DNA of 60,353 nucleotides, filler included, from 3 parts of 3 records of this genome joined end to end with filler, not necessarily neighbours in it; one strand, 5' to 3'; counted from the whole stretch's first letter, positions 49,092-58,651 are shown. Notes: a model not told the origin generated them from the letters alone. Numbers and translations: made by a program.

Positions 49092-49982
49092 ATGCGCGTT
49101 GTGAACCTGCCAACAGATCTTTTGCGAACCTTTGTCACTGTGATCGAGGTCAAAAGCCATACCCGCGCGGCCGACCTGCTGAACCGCTCGCAACCCGCAG
49201 TCAGCCTGCAGATCAAACGCTTGGAAGATCTTGTGGGGTATAAGCTGATCCGCCAAAAGGGCCGGACGATGCAGGTAAGCGAAAAGGGCGAGGCGCTGGC
49301 CATGCATGCCCGCCAGATCCTGCGGTTAAACGATATGGCCATGGGCCTGTTTGAACGATCAGAGGCCGATACAGATCTGCGTATCGGTTTGCCGCTTGAT
49401 TATGGCGTGCGGCTTTTGCAGCAGGAAATCACCGCGGTTTTGAAAGAAAATATTGGGCTGAAGGTTACGATCAACTGCGATTTGTCGCAAAACCTGCATG
49501 ATGCATTGATGCGCGACGAGCTGGATATCATTGTCGCCCTTTATCAGGGGGGCGATCCGCAATTTCTGGTGCAAAAATGGTCTGAACAGCCGGTCTGGGT
49601 GGGCGCCGACAGCAGCCGCCCCGATGCGTTTGATACCCTGCCGCTGGTGGCGCACCCCTTGGGCTGTGTGTATCGCCAGCGCATGACCGATGCGTTGAAA
49701 TCGGTTCAGCGCAACTGGCGCGTGGTGTTTTCCAGCCCGAATATCGACGCGGTGCAGGATGCCGTGTGCGATGGGCTGGGCTTTACCTGCCTGACCACGC
49801 CCACCACGCGCAAAGGCATGCGCATTATTTCGGGAAGCGAGGGCTTGCCCGCGCTCGAGCCATTGCGCATCGGGCTGTTTTACCGGCAAACGCGCCTGGG
49901 CAGTTGGGGCAATTTGGTGGCAGAACGGCTAACGGCGGCGATCGAAAATGCGCTGGGAACAGGGCCTGGCGCAGGGGCCTGA
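49092..49982 (+). CDS. LysR-family regulator
   Basis: NLPTDLLRTFV, TRAADLLNRSQPAVSLQIKRLE, GLG. Confidence 0.95.
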   Translation: MRVVNLPTDLLRTFVTVIEVKSHTRAADLLNRSQPAVSLQIKRLEDLVGYKLIRQKGRTMQVSEKGEALAMHARQILRLNDMAMGLFERSEADTDLRIGLPLDYGVRLLQQEITAVLKENIGLKVTINCDLSQNLHDALMRDELDIIVALYQGGDPQFLVQKWSEQPVWVGADSSRPDAFDTLPLVAHPLGCVYRQRMTDALKSVQRNWRVVFSSPNIDAVQDAVCDGLGFTCLTTPTTRKGMRIISGSEGLPALEPLRIGLFYRQTRLGSWGNLVAERLTAAIENALGTGPGAGA

Positions 49983-49983
49983 C

Positions 49984-49998
49984 ATAAGCAGGCTTAAT
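49984..49998. promoter_or_regulatory. LysR-type T-N11-A site upstream of the binding-protein gene
   Basis: ATAAG-CAGGC-TTAAT imperfect palindrome directly after the LysR stop, about 130 nt before ATG 50128. Confidence 0.5.
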
Positions 49999-50127
49999 GC
50001 ATCCATATCACGCATAAATTTCCTATGCTGCGCGATTCTGGCTAACCTTGACGTAAGGGCGTTTAGCCCGTGCCCGACGTGAAAAACCGGGCCAAGAAAA
50101 TAACCAGAAAACAGCGGAGTGTGATCT

Positions 50128-51264
50128 ATGGAAAAATCAAATAAAAAACAGCAAAAACATTATCTTAGAAGGGATGTTTTGCGCATCGGTGGCGGTGTTG
50201 CTTTATCGGCGCCTTTCGTTGGTCGGGCATGGGCGCAGACCACCGAGATCAACATGCTTGCATGGTATGGCCATGGCGAACCCGACATGGTTGGCGCCTT
50301 TGAAGAGGCCAATAACGTTAAATTTGTGCCTAAATATTACGCAGGTGGGGATAATATGTTGGCACTGATCGCCCAATCGCCCCCCGGCACCTATGACATC
50401 ATTTTGTCGGATGGCGAGTTTGTGCAGCAGCTTAATGCCGCGGGCTATATCGAGGCGCTTGATCCAAATGATTACCCGTTTGAAGATATGCTGCACGAGG
50501 ATTTCACCAAATTCCCCGGCCATTGGGATGGCGATACGCTTTATTCCATGATCTTGCGCGGCGGGCATCTTGGGGTGTCGTACAACACCACCGCGATGAG
50601 CGCCGAAGAGGCATCAAGCTATGAAGGGTTCTGGAAGCCCGAACTAAAGGGCAAGGTGGGCCATTTCGACTGGCATTTGCCCAACCTCGGGATGATGAGC
50701 CTGAAAAACGGCAATGGTGCCGGGCTGTGGGATTTGAGCGGCGATCAATGGCAGGCGGTGCAAGACACCACGATGAGCCTGCGCCAGCAAGTGGGCGGCT
50801 TTTTCGACTATGGCGGCACGTTCAACGGGCTGAAAAACGGCGAGATGCTGGCGATGTGCGGCATCGGTGACTGGATCACCGGCGTTTTGGAACGCGACGG
50901 GGCGCCTGTGGCCTCGGTCATCCCCAAAGAGGGCGGCATTCAATTCACCGAAAGTTACTGCATCGGCAAGGGCAGCGGCAAAGCGGATCTGGTGAAATCG
51001 TTCATCCAATACATGCTGTCACCCGAGGGCCAGGTGAAATCGGCCCAGATGCTGGCCTATCCTGGTTTTTGCGTCACCAAAGGCGGGCGCGCCTTGCTGC
51101 AGCAGGTTGACCCGAAAGAGGCCAAGCGCAGCCACCAGATGGATGGCATGCCCAATGACCCGATCGCGCTGATCAACGAGGGGCGCATCCACTACCGCGA
51201 CATTCCCCAGCAGCAATCGCTAGAGGATTGGAACGACTTCTGGTCTGAATACAAAAATGCCTAA
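50128..51264 (+). CDS. PotD/PotF-like ABC substrate-binding protein with Tat-like signal
   Basis: LRRDVL...AWA leader; MLAWYGH, YDII, YNT, IPKEG, FIQYMLSPEGQ. Confidence 0.88.
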   Translation: MEKSNKKQQKHYLRRDVLRIGGGVALSAPFVGRAWAQTTEINMLAWYGHGEPDMVGAFEEANNVKFVPKYYAGGDNMLALIAQSPPGTYDIILSDGEFVQQLNAAGYIEALDPNDYPFEDMLHEDFTKFPGHWDGDTLYSMILRGGHLGVSYNTTAMSAEEASSYEGFWKPELKGKVGHFDWHLPNLGMMSLKNGNGAGLWDLSGDQWQAVQDTTMSLRQQVGGFFDYGGTFNGLKNGEMLAMCGIGDWITGVLERDGAPVASVIPKEGGIQFTESYCIGKGSGKADLVKSFIQYMLSPEGQVKSAQMLAYPGFCVTKGGRALLQQVDPKEAKRSHQMDGMPNDPIALINEGRIHYRDIPQQQSLEDWNDFWSEYKNA

Positions 51265-51277
51265 AGGCTAGGGCGGG

Positions 51278-51377
51278 NNNNNNNNNNNNNNNNNNNNNNN
51301 NNNNNNNNNNNNNNNNNNNNNTTAATTAATTAANNNNNNNNNNNNNNNNNNNNNNNNNNNNNNNNNNNNNNNNNNNN
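51278..51377. other. Artificial contig linker
   Basis: 44 N, then TTAATTAATTAA (51322-51333), then 44 N. Confidence 0.98.
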
Positions 51378-51451
51378 AGCATCGGTAGCAGCATCGGTAG
51401 CAGCATCAGTGGCCGCGTCGGTCGCAGCATCTGTGGCGGCATCGGTTGCAG
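51378..51451 (-). repeat. 12-bp coding tandem repeat (ATDA)n
   Basis: gcatcggtagca-type units, synonymous variants internally and identical at the contig end. Confidence 0.8.
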
Positions 51452-51944
51452 CCTGCGTCGCATCGTTCAAAGCGTCTGTTGCCGCTTTGGCAGCACTGTC
51501 CATTGCGTCTGTTGCTGCTTTGCTGGCGCTATCTACGGCGTCTGTCGCGGCTGTGCTTGCAGCATCGGTTGCGCTCTCGACAGCCGAAGACGCGGCTTCG
51601 CCCGCTTCGGTGGCAGCGGCTGCGGCTTTGGCGGCCGCTTCTTCAGCCATTTTCTTAGCTTCTTCAGCGGCGGAGGCGGCGGCAGCCTCTGCGTCAGCTG
51701 CGGCATCAGCAGCCGCCTTTTCAGCAGCTTCCTTGGCAGCGGCAGCGGCCTCAGCGGCGGCTTCTGATACATCTGCGGCCGCTTCACTGGCTGCTTCAGA
51801 GGTTTCCTCCACGGCATCACTTACCGCGTCTTTAACTTTGTCCATCGCACCCTCAACCGTAGGGGCTTCTTCGGTTTGATTCATCCAAACATACCCACCT
51901 GCAGCGGCGGCAACGACGATCAATACTGCTATCAGAGTTTTCAT
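51378..51944 (-). CDS. Membrane-anchored Ala/Asp/Glu/Thr-rich low-complexity protein (3' end lost at the contig break)
   Basis: N-terminal hydrophobic helix (LIAVLIVVAAAAGGYVW), then AAEA/ATDA repeats; RBS AAGGA. Confidence 0.8.
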
Positions 51945-52136
51945 CTTTTATTATCCTTTTTGCAAAGGCGGCACCTACATGGCCGTCTTGAGTGTCAAAT
52001 GAGGGAGCACAACCGGGATCACAAGGGGGAAAGTTGTACGAAAATCCGCTAATAAGGGGCAATTTCACCTTGAATCACCTTAGCATGAAAGTTACGTTTC
52101 GCGCTCATCGAATTTAACGATCAAAGGAATGAGTCC

Positions 52137-52685
52137 ATAGCTCGCAGACCTCACAATGCGCCGCCACAACGTGACACCGGCCCGCGCGTCAATGAAAAAA
52201 TCCGTGCCAATGAAATCCGCCTGATCGGCGCCGATGGTGAAAACGTCGGTGTTGTTACGCCGTCACGCGCCATGCAAATGGCCGATGAGGCTGGCTTGGA
52301 TCTGGTTGAAATCTCGCCCAATGCCGCCCCTCCGGTCTGTAAGATCATGGACTTCGGCAAGTTCAAATATGAACAGCAGAAACGCGAGAGCGAAGCACGC
52401 AAAAAGCAAAAGATCATTGAGGTGAAAGAGGTCAAGTTCCGGCCCAACACCGACACCAATGATTACGATGTGAAAATGCGTAACGTGTACAAGTTCCTGG
52501 AAAACGGCGACAAGGTCAAAGTTACCCTGCGTTTCCGTGGCCGTGAAATGGCTCACCAGAACCTTGGTCGTGAACTGCTGGAACGTGTCGCAGGCGATAT
52601 CAAGGAACACGGCAAAATCGAAAACATGCCCAAAATGGAAGGCCGCCAGATGATCATGATGATCGGCCCTCTTCCTCAAAAATAA
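52137..52685 (+). CDS. infC: Translation initiation factor IF-3 (ATA start)
   Basis: [21 protein letters not shown]...[26 protein letters not shown]...FRGRE; SD AAGGA lies 8 nt before ATA 52137, in frame with ORF 52272. Confidence 0.95.
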   Translation: MARRPHNAPPQRDTGPRVNEKIRANEIRLIGADGENVGVVTPSRAMQMADEAGLDLVEISPNAAPPVCKIMDFGKFKYEQQKRESEARKKQKIIEVKEVKFRPNTDTNDYDVKMRNVYKFLENGDKVKVTLRFRGREMAHQNLGRELLERVAGDIKEHGKIENMPKMEGRQMIMMIGPLPQK

Positions 52686-52709
52686 GATCTGATTTCAGAT
52701 CTGAGAACG

Positions 52710-52739
52710 CGCCTCGTTTCCCTCGGAACGGGGCGTTTT
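52710..52739 (+). terminator. Rho-independent terminator of infC
   Basis: cgcctcgtttc-cctc-ggaacggggcg followed by ttttctattt. Confidence 0.75.
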
Positions 52740-52819
52740 CTATTTCAATCTCCGAAAACATTTGGTTTCAACCTTGATCTTGCCTAAGCTCATACTTGAA
52801 ACAACCGGGGAGAGACCGG

Positions 52820-54136
52820 ATGAAGACCCGTAATTATTCTGCGGCGTTGCTATGTGTTTTGATGACGGCCCAGCCGTTGACGGCACAGGACACGACAGCG
52901 TCCACACCTACTGAAACGACCCAAGAGGATGCCAGCGCACAGCCAAGTGACGCGACGCTTCTGACCTCGGAAGAGTTGCAGAAACTTGTCGCGCCTGTCG
53001 CGCTTTATCCCGACACTTTGTTGATACAGATTCTTGTGGCGGCGACCTTTCCGCTGGACGTGATCAAGGCTGACCGCTTTGTTCAGGACAACAAGGACAA
53101 AGATGCCGAAACCTTGAAGACCGAGATCGAGGCTCAGGGCTGGGATGAAAGCGTTACGGTTCTTGCGACCGCCTTTCCCGATGTGCTGACCGATATGGCA
53201 GTTCATGTGGAATGGACCGAAACAATGGGCACGGTCATGCTGGCCCAGGACGACGATGTCATGGCCGCCGTGCAAGACATGCGCAAAATTGCTGCCGATG
53301 CCGGGACACTGGCCAGCGGTGACGAGCAAACCGTTGAGGTGACACAGGACGCGGGCGATGAAACCATCATCATTCAACCCACCAACCCCGAAGTCGTCTA
53401 TGTCCCGCAATACGACCCCGAGGTGGTTTATGTCGATAGCGACGACTCGGATGTGGGCGATGCGCTTGCAACTGGTTTGATCGCCTTTGGCACGGTCGCG
53501 TTGATTGCGGAAATTTTTGACGATGATGATCATTGGCATGACTATTGGGGTTGTCACAACTGTGGTGGCTGGAATGGAAATCCAATTATCCGCAATCCTG
53601 ATATCGACATTGATATCGATGGCGATGTGAATATTGGCGATCGCGACAACATCGGCTGGAAACCAGACGATGATCGCCGTGACAAGGCCCGCGACGAAAT
53701 CGGCAATCGGCGTGGCAAAGATGGGGTCACCACGATGCCAGTTGGCAAACCTGATCGCGGTGATGAAATGCGTCAGCGCCTGTCGAAAGAAACCGGTGCT
53801 GCCGATATTTCACGCCCCGGGGCCGCCAAAGATCTGGAGCGGGCTAAAAAGGCTGGTGTCCAACGCCCCGGCGGCCTGCCCGCTGACGCGCGCAAGGATG
53901 CCGTGGATCGGACCCGTGCCAAAGCTCCGGCAGGCGCCCCCAAGGCAAAAGCCAAAGCCAAGGCGCAGGCAAAACCCCGGCCCAAAGCAGCCTCTCAACC
54001 CGCTAAGGCACGCCCAGCAACCCGCAAGCAGGGCAATCATTCAGGTGGCGCCATGAACAAGCGCGCATCGGGCTCACGCGCCCATGCGGGCGGCGCGCGC
54101 GGTCGCGCATCCGGTGGCGGAAGAGGACGGAGATAA
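52820..54136 (+). CDS. DUF3300-domain secreted protein
   Basis: Signal peptide; LVAPVALYPDTLLIQILVAATFP, WDESV, IQPTNPEVVYVPQYDP; basic Gly/Arg/Lys tail. Confidence 0.9.
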   Translation: MKTRNYSAALLCVLMTAQPLTAQDTTASTPTETTQEDASAQPSDATLLTSEELQKLVAPVALYPDTLLIQILVAATFPLDVIKADRFVQDNKDKDAETLKTEIEAQGWDESVTVLATAFPDVLTDMAVHVEWTETMGTVMLAQDDDVMAAVQDMRKIAADAGTLASGDEQTVEVTQDAGDETIIIQPTNPEVVYVPQYDPEVVYVDSDDSDVGDALATGLIAFGTVALIAEIFDDDDHWHDYWGCHNCGGWNGNPIIRNPDIDIDIDGDVNIGDRDNIGWKPDDDRRDKARDEIGNRRGKDGVTTMPVGKPDRGDEMRQRLSKETGAADISRPGAAKDLERAKKAGVQRPGGLPADARKDAVDRTRAKAPAGAPKAKAKAKAQAKPRPKAASQPAKARPATRKQGNHSGGAMNKRASGSRAHAGGARGRASGGGRGRR

Positions 54137-54139
54137 GAC

Positions 54140-55048
54140 ATGTATCGTAGTATGAAATGCACACTTGCCACTCTGTTCCTACTTGCTGCCATGCCAGCAA
54201 CCGCCGGAGAGGCACCAGCGACTTATCCAGGTCCACAGGACGCGCTAGAGGCCATGATGGAGGCCCTTTCGAACCAGAACAGCGACTCTCTATTAAAGGT
54301 CTTTGGCACTGATGCCGAAAGCCTGCTTTCCTCTGGCAATCCTGATCGCGACAAAATCAGCTGGTTGGAAATTCTAATCCTTGTTCAAAATGGTTATCGG
54401 TTCCAGCCTGGTGAAGATGGCAAAACCACCCTCTTATTGGGCGCTGACAGCTGGCCTTTTCCGATCCCGCTGCACCGCACCGATCAAGGGTGGTCCTTTG
54501 ACATAGAGGCTGGTGCCGACGAGGTACACGCCCGACGGGTCGGATTAAATGAACTGGACACCATCGAAACTCTGAGCGCTTACGTGGATATTCAGGCCGA
54601 ATATCGTCTTGTCGACCACGACGGCGATGGTGTGATGGAATTTGCCCGCTCTTTGCTCTCTTCATCGACCGATGCACAAGACGGACTGTTTTGGGCGCAG
54701 CCCGACAGCCCTATGGGCGAACGTATCGCTTTGGCATCGCTTGATGGATATAACGACGGGGATGCAGATCAGGACGCGGACCCCTTTGGAGGGTACTACT
54801 ATCGTATTCTGCAGGGTCAGGGTGACGAAGCCCCCGGTGGTGCGATGGACTATCTGATAAACGATCAAATGGTGGCAGGTCATGCCATGCTCGCGGTTCC
54901 GTCAGACTATGGCAACAGCGGAATCACCAGCTTTCTAATCGCTGAAAACGGCGTCATTTACGAGGCGGATCTGGGCGAAGAGTCCCTTGATGTCGCTCAG
55001 GAAATCACCCTGTTCAATCCCGGCCCCGAATGGATCAAGCAGCAATAG
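54140..55048 (+). CDS. DUF2950-domain protein
   Basis: WPFPIPL, WSFD, RRVGLNE, YVDIQAEY, DGLFW, PFGGYYYRIL, YGNSGITSF. Confidence 0.9.
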   Translation: MYRSMKCTLATLFLLAAMPATAGEAPATYPGPQDALEAMMEALSNQNSDSLLKVFGTDAESLLSSGNPDRDKISWLEILILVQNGYRFQPGEDGKTTLLLGADSWPFPIPLHRTDQGWSFDIEAGADEVHARRVGLNELDTIETLSAYVDIQAEYRLVDHDGDGVMEFARSLLSSSTDAQDGLFWAQPDSPMGERIALASLDGYNDGDADQDADPFGGYYYRILQGQGDEAPGGAMDYLINDQMVAGHAMLAVPSDYGNSGITSFLIAENGVIYEADLGEESLDVAQEITLFNPGPEWIKQQ

Positions 55049-55196
55049 AACGCCAAAGGTAACTCTTTGATGAAGGTTCTGCTTGACCGAAACGTTTCTC
55101 CCGCCGACCATGGTGTCGCCGGGAGATAGTCACGACAATATTCAAAATACCAAGATTTTTTCCTGTCCCCGGCTTATTTGCAAGGGAGGACTGAGA

Positions 55197-56597
55197 ATGA
55201 ATTTACGACCCGATCCGACATTTCACCCCTCACCCAAGCTGGCGATGGAGGCCCCGGTGGAAACACTGGCCTTTACGCTGATGCTGAGCCCGGACTTTTC
55301 ACAACCCGATGGGCTGGCCGTGGTGAATGTAGATCCGTCATCAGATGATTACGGCAAGATCGTACACAAGGTCATGATGCCCAACACAGGCGATGAATTC
55401 CATCATTTCGGCTGGAACGCCTGTTCTTCTGCATTGTCCCCCCTAACCGGCCACGCCTTTCTTGAGCGGCGTTATTTGATCATTCCCGGCATCCGGTCCT
55501 CGCGAATTTATGTGATCGACGTCAAGGATCCGCTGGATGCCAAGATCCACAAGATTATCGAACCCGAGGAGGTCTTTGCCAAAACCGGCTATTCCCGCCC
55601 GCACACCATCCATTGTGGTCCCGAAGGCATCTATGTTTCGACGCTTGGCGGTGGTGGCGAGGATGGAACAGACGGCCCGCCCGGAATTTTCATCATGGAT
55701 TGCGAAACCTTTGAAATCATCGGCCGCTATGAAATGGACAGGGGCTTGCAGGACAAGCACTATGATTTCTGGTGGAACCTGCCCCGGGATTACATGGTCA
55801 GTTCAGAATGGGGCCTGCCACCCCAATTCGAAAACGGGATCGTCGCCGAAGATCTGCTGAGCAATAAATACGGTCATTCAATCCATTTCTGGGACCTGCG
55901 GGCGCGCAAGAATGTACAAACCATTGATCTGGGCGAAAATCACCAGATGGCGTTGGAAATTCGCCCGGCCCATGATCCGGTCAAACAATATGGGTTCTGT
56001 GGGGTTGTGGTTGATACCACCAACCTACAAGGCGCGATCTTTACGTGGTGGCGCAAAGAGGATGGCACCTTTGAGGCCAAAAAAACCATTACCATTGACC
56101 CGCAGCCTGCTGATCCTGATGATCTGCCCGATCTGCTCAAAGGGTTCTCAGCCGTGCCGCCCCTGGTCACGGATATCGACCTAAGCCTTGACGACAAGTT
56201 CCTCTATGTCGCGTGCTGGGGCACCGGTGAAATGCATCAATACGATGTCTCCGACCCGATGAACCCGGTTCTGGCAGGCAAGGTCGAAATTGGTGGCATC
56301 GTCAAAAAGACCAAACATCCCAATGGGCAAACCTTTGGGTATGGGCCCCAGATGGTTGAGATCAGCCGAGATGGTAAACGGGTCTATTGGACCAATTCGC
56401 TCTATTCGACATGGGATGATCAGTTCTATCCGGGCGAAGGAGGTGCCGCGATGGTTATGGCCAATGTTGGTGCGGATGGCGGTCTGACACTGGATGAGCA
56501 ATTTTGGGTCGACTTCCCCGATGGATACCGCAGCCACCAGATCCGGCTCGAAGGGGGCGACTGTTCGACCGACAGCTTCTGCTACCCGTCTGTCTAA
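55197..56597 (+). CDS. Selenium-binding protein SBP56 family (SELENBP1/methanethiol oxidase-like)
   Basis: GDEFHHFGWNACSS, SSRIY, PHTIHC, YDFWW, SSEWG, TDIDLSLDD, GPQM, TNSLYSTWDDQFYP, GGDCSTD; RBS GGAGG. Confidence 0.93.
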   Translation: MNLRPDPTFHPSPKLAMEAPVETLAFTLMLSPDFSQPDGLAVVNVDPSSDDYGKIVHKVMMPNTGDEFHHFGWNACSSALSPLTGHAFLERRYLIIPGIRSSRIYVIDVKDPLDAKIHKIIEPEEVFAKTGYSRPHTIHCGPEGIYVSTLGGGGEDGTDGPPGIFIMDCETFEIIGRYEMDRGLQDKHYDFWWNLPRDYMVSSEWGLPPQFENGIVAEDLLSNKYGHSIHFWDLRARKNVQTIDLGENHQMALEIRPAHDPVKQYGFCGVVVDTTNLQGAIFTWWRKEDGTFEAKKTITIDPQPADPDDLPDLLKGFSAVPPLVTDIDLSLDDKFLYVACWGTGEMHQYDVSDPMNPVLAGKVEIGGIVKKTKHPNGQTFGYGPQMVEISRDGKRVYWTNSLYSTWDDQFYPGEGGAAMVMANVGADGGLTLDEQFWVDFPDGYRSHQIRLEGGDCSTDSFCYPSV

Positions 56598-56627
56598 TTT
56601 GAGGCAGGGCAAAGATTGGAATATCTA

Positions 56628-57284
56628 ATGTCCACGACGGCTGGCCTTTGGCTGGCCGTTGTCCTCAGTGGTTTGTATCATGGCTTAAACCCGGGAATGG
56701 GGTGGCCGTTGGCGGTATCCTCAGCCTTGATGGAACAACGCACCGGTGCGCTTTATCGCGCTTTGGGTGCGCTGGCGATTGGGCACTTTCTGGCCATGCT
56801 GGTGATCCTGTTGCCGCTCTCAGCGATGACGTTGCTGATCCATTACGAGCGTCAGTTGCGCCTTGTCGCTGGCGTTATTGTGGTGGGGCTTGGCCTGTGG
56901 TTGCTTATCACACGCAAACATCCTCGCTTTTTGTCCCGCATTCCGCCGACCCGGCTGGCGCTGTGGTCTTTTCTGGTGGCTCTGGTGCATGGCGCAGCCT
57001 TGATGCTGGTGCCTATCTATCTGGGTCTCTGTCGGATCGAAGAATTGGATCAAGGGCATCGCGCCGCTGCTGATCTGATGGCCCGAAATGCGATGCTGAC
57101 CCTCGGCGTTGCCGTCTTGCACACCGCAGCAATGCTATTGGCAGGTGGGGGGCTTGCTGTTGCAGTCCATCGCTGGCTGGGCCTGCAGTTCCTGTCGCGC
57201 AGTTGGTTTGATCTCGAAACGATCTGGGCGCTCAGCCTGATTTTGGTGGGCGCTTTAGGAGTCTATTCCGCCCTACCCGTCTAG
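56628..57284 (+). CDS. Polytopic membrane protein downstream of SBP56
   Basis: About six hydrophobic segments; GLYHGLNPGMGW, GH, HGA and HT motifs; start at 56628 (ATG) or 56616 (TTG). Confidence 0.8.
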   Translation: MSTTAGLWLAVVLSGLYHGLNPGMGWPLAVSSALMEQRTGALYRALGALAIGHFLAMLVILLPLSAMTLLIHYERQLRLVAGVIVVGLGLWLLITRKHPRFLSRIPPTRLALWSFLVALVHGAALMLVPIYLGLCRIEELDQGHRAAADLMARNAMLTLGVAVLHTAAMLLAGGGLAVAVHRWLGLQFLSRSWFDLETIWALSLILVGALGVYSALPV

Positions 57285-57673
57285 GCAATCGCGCGATCCC
57301 CGCGCCACCATTTCAAAGCATCCACAAAATCGAAGGCGAGAGAGATCGTATCAACAACCAGCAATACCCCCAGCACTGTGATGTATGTCGGCCCCATATC
57401 GCCCCCATCACGCAACTGACGAAACACGACAACAACCAAAGGAATCCACAACACCAGATGAGGTATGGCCATCGCTTTAGACAATCCCTGCTCTCTCAAC
57501 AAAATGGGCAGGTTGAGCGCCATGCCCCCAACGGCAAGACTGGCGATAAGCCCCGCTCTGGGTTCAGACAAAAACGCCAAAGGCAGCAAATTCACCGGCA
57601 TCAAAACAAGCCCCACCCAGATCTGCACCCAAACTGGCAGGCGGCGGAAACTGTTCCAGATATTCACGATCAT
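57281..57673 (-). CDS. Hypothetical four-TM membrane protein
   Basis: IWNSFRRLPVWVQIW, PHLVLWIPL, SLAFD; RBS GAGG. Confidence 0.75.
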   Translation of the reverse strand: MIVNIWNSFRRLPVWVQIWVGLVLMPVNLLPLAFLSEPRAGLIASLAVGGMALNLPILLREQGLSKAMAIPHLVLWIPLVVVVFRQLRDGGDMGPTYITVLGVLLVVDTISLAFDFVDALKWWRGDRAIA

Positions 57674-57761
57674 GCCTCACCTAATTCCTTGAAACGCATA
57701 AGCCGCGCATCCAAAGATGCACGGCTTACATTACAAATTCACATTGCTCAGACCGTCAACT

Positions 57762-58553
57762 TCAGGCGCCTGCCGCCTCGACAGCCCGCTTGGTCATGAC
57801 AGACACCAAATGTGCACGATATTCTTTGGTCCCGTGCAGATCCCCAATCATATTCATCGGGTTTATCTTAAGATCCATCAGCGCGTCACCCCGGAACTCT
57901 TTATTCAGGGCTGCTTCAGCCTCGGTCCAGCGGAACACACCTTCTTCGGAGGCACCCGTTACGGCGACGCGCACGCCATCCGCGTATTTGGCGACAAAAA
58001 CGCCAACCAAGGCAAACCGCGACGCAGGTTGCAGGAATTTCTGATAGCTCGCTGCCTCGGGCACAGGGAACCGGACCGAGGTCACGATCTCGCCCTCGTC
58101 CAACGCAGTGGTGAACATACCTTGGAAATAGTCATCGGCAGCGATTTCGCGCGTGTTGGTCACAATCGTTGCGCCCGACCCCAATGCAGCCGCCGGATAG
58201 CAGGCTGACGGATCGTTGTTCGCCAAAGATCCCCCAGCAGTTCCGCGATTGCGCACCATCGGATCGCCGATATGACCCGCCAGATCTGCCAGCGCCGGAT
58301 AAGATTCAGCTGCTCCAGCTGCGACAGCCGCATGCGTCGTGCCACCCCCGACGTTGACAGCGCCATCTTCTGCGCACACCCCCTGCATTTCAGGTATCGC
58401 CGTCAGCGACACCAATTTACTTGGTGATGCCAAGCGTTGTTTCAGGGTTGGGATTAGGGTTTGCCCACCGCCCAACGCCTGTGCATCCTCTTGCCCCAAA
58501 GCGGCAACAGCGTCCGCAATGGTCGAGGGCTTTTCAAACTCGAAATTATACAT
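57762..58553 (-). CDS. coxM: Molybdo-flavoenzyme medium (FAD) subunit, CoxM-like
   Basis: GGQTLIP, IGDPMVRNRGTAGGS, NNDP, PASRFA, EYRAHL. Confidence 0.9.
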   Translation of the reverse strand: MYNFEFEKPSTIADAVAALGQEDAQALGGGQTLIPTLKQRLASPSKLVSLTAIPEMQGVCAEDGAVNVGGGTTHAAVAAGAAESYPALADLAGHIGDPMVRNRGTAGGSLANNDPSACYPAAALGSGATIVTNTREIAADDYFQGMFTTALDEGEIVTSVRFPVPEAASYQKFLQPASRFALVGVFVAKYADGVRVAVTGASEEGVFRWTEAEAALNKEFRGDALMDLKINPMNMIGDLHGTKEYRAHLVSVMTKRAVEAAGA

Positions 58554-58651
58554 TTCGTCTTCCTTTCCGAAGAGACTGACCTTGGCTCTTCTTCTGGCTA
58601 TAAATCATGCAGGGCCAGCGAGGGGTTACCCCCTCGCCACATCCCTTCATC

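Noticed and set aside
51409..51879. Ala/Ser-rich + strand ORF
   Set aside because: Mirror of the - strand repeat protein, which has the RBS and membrane anchor.
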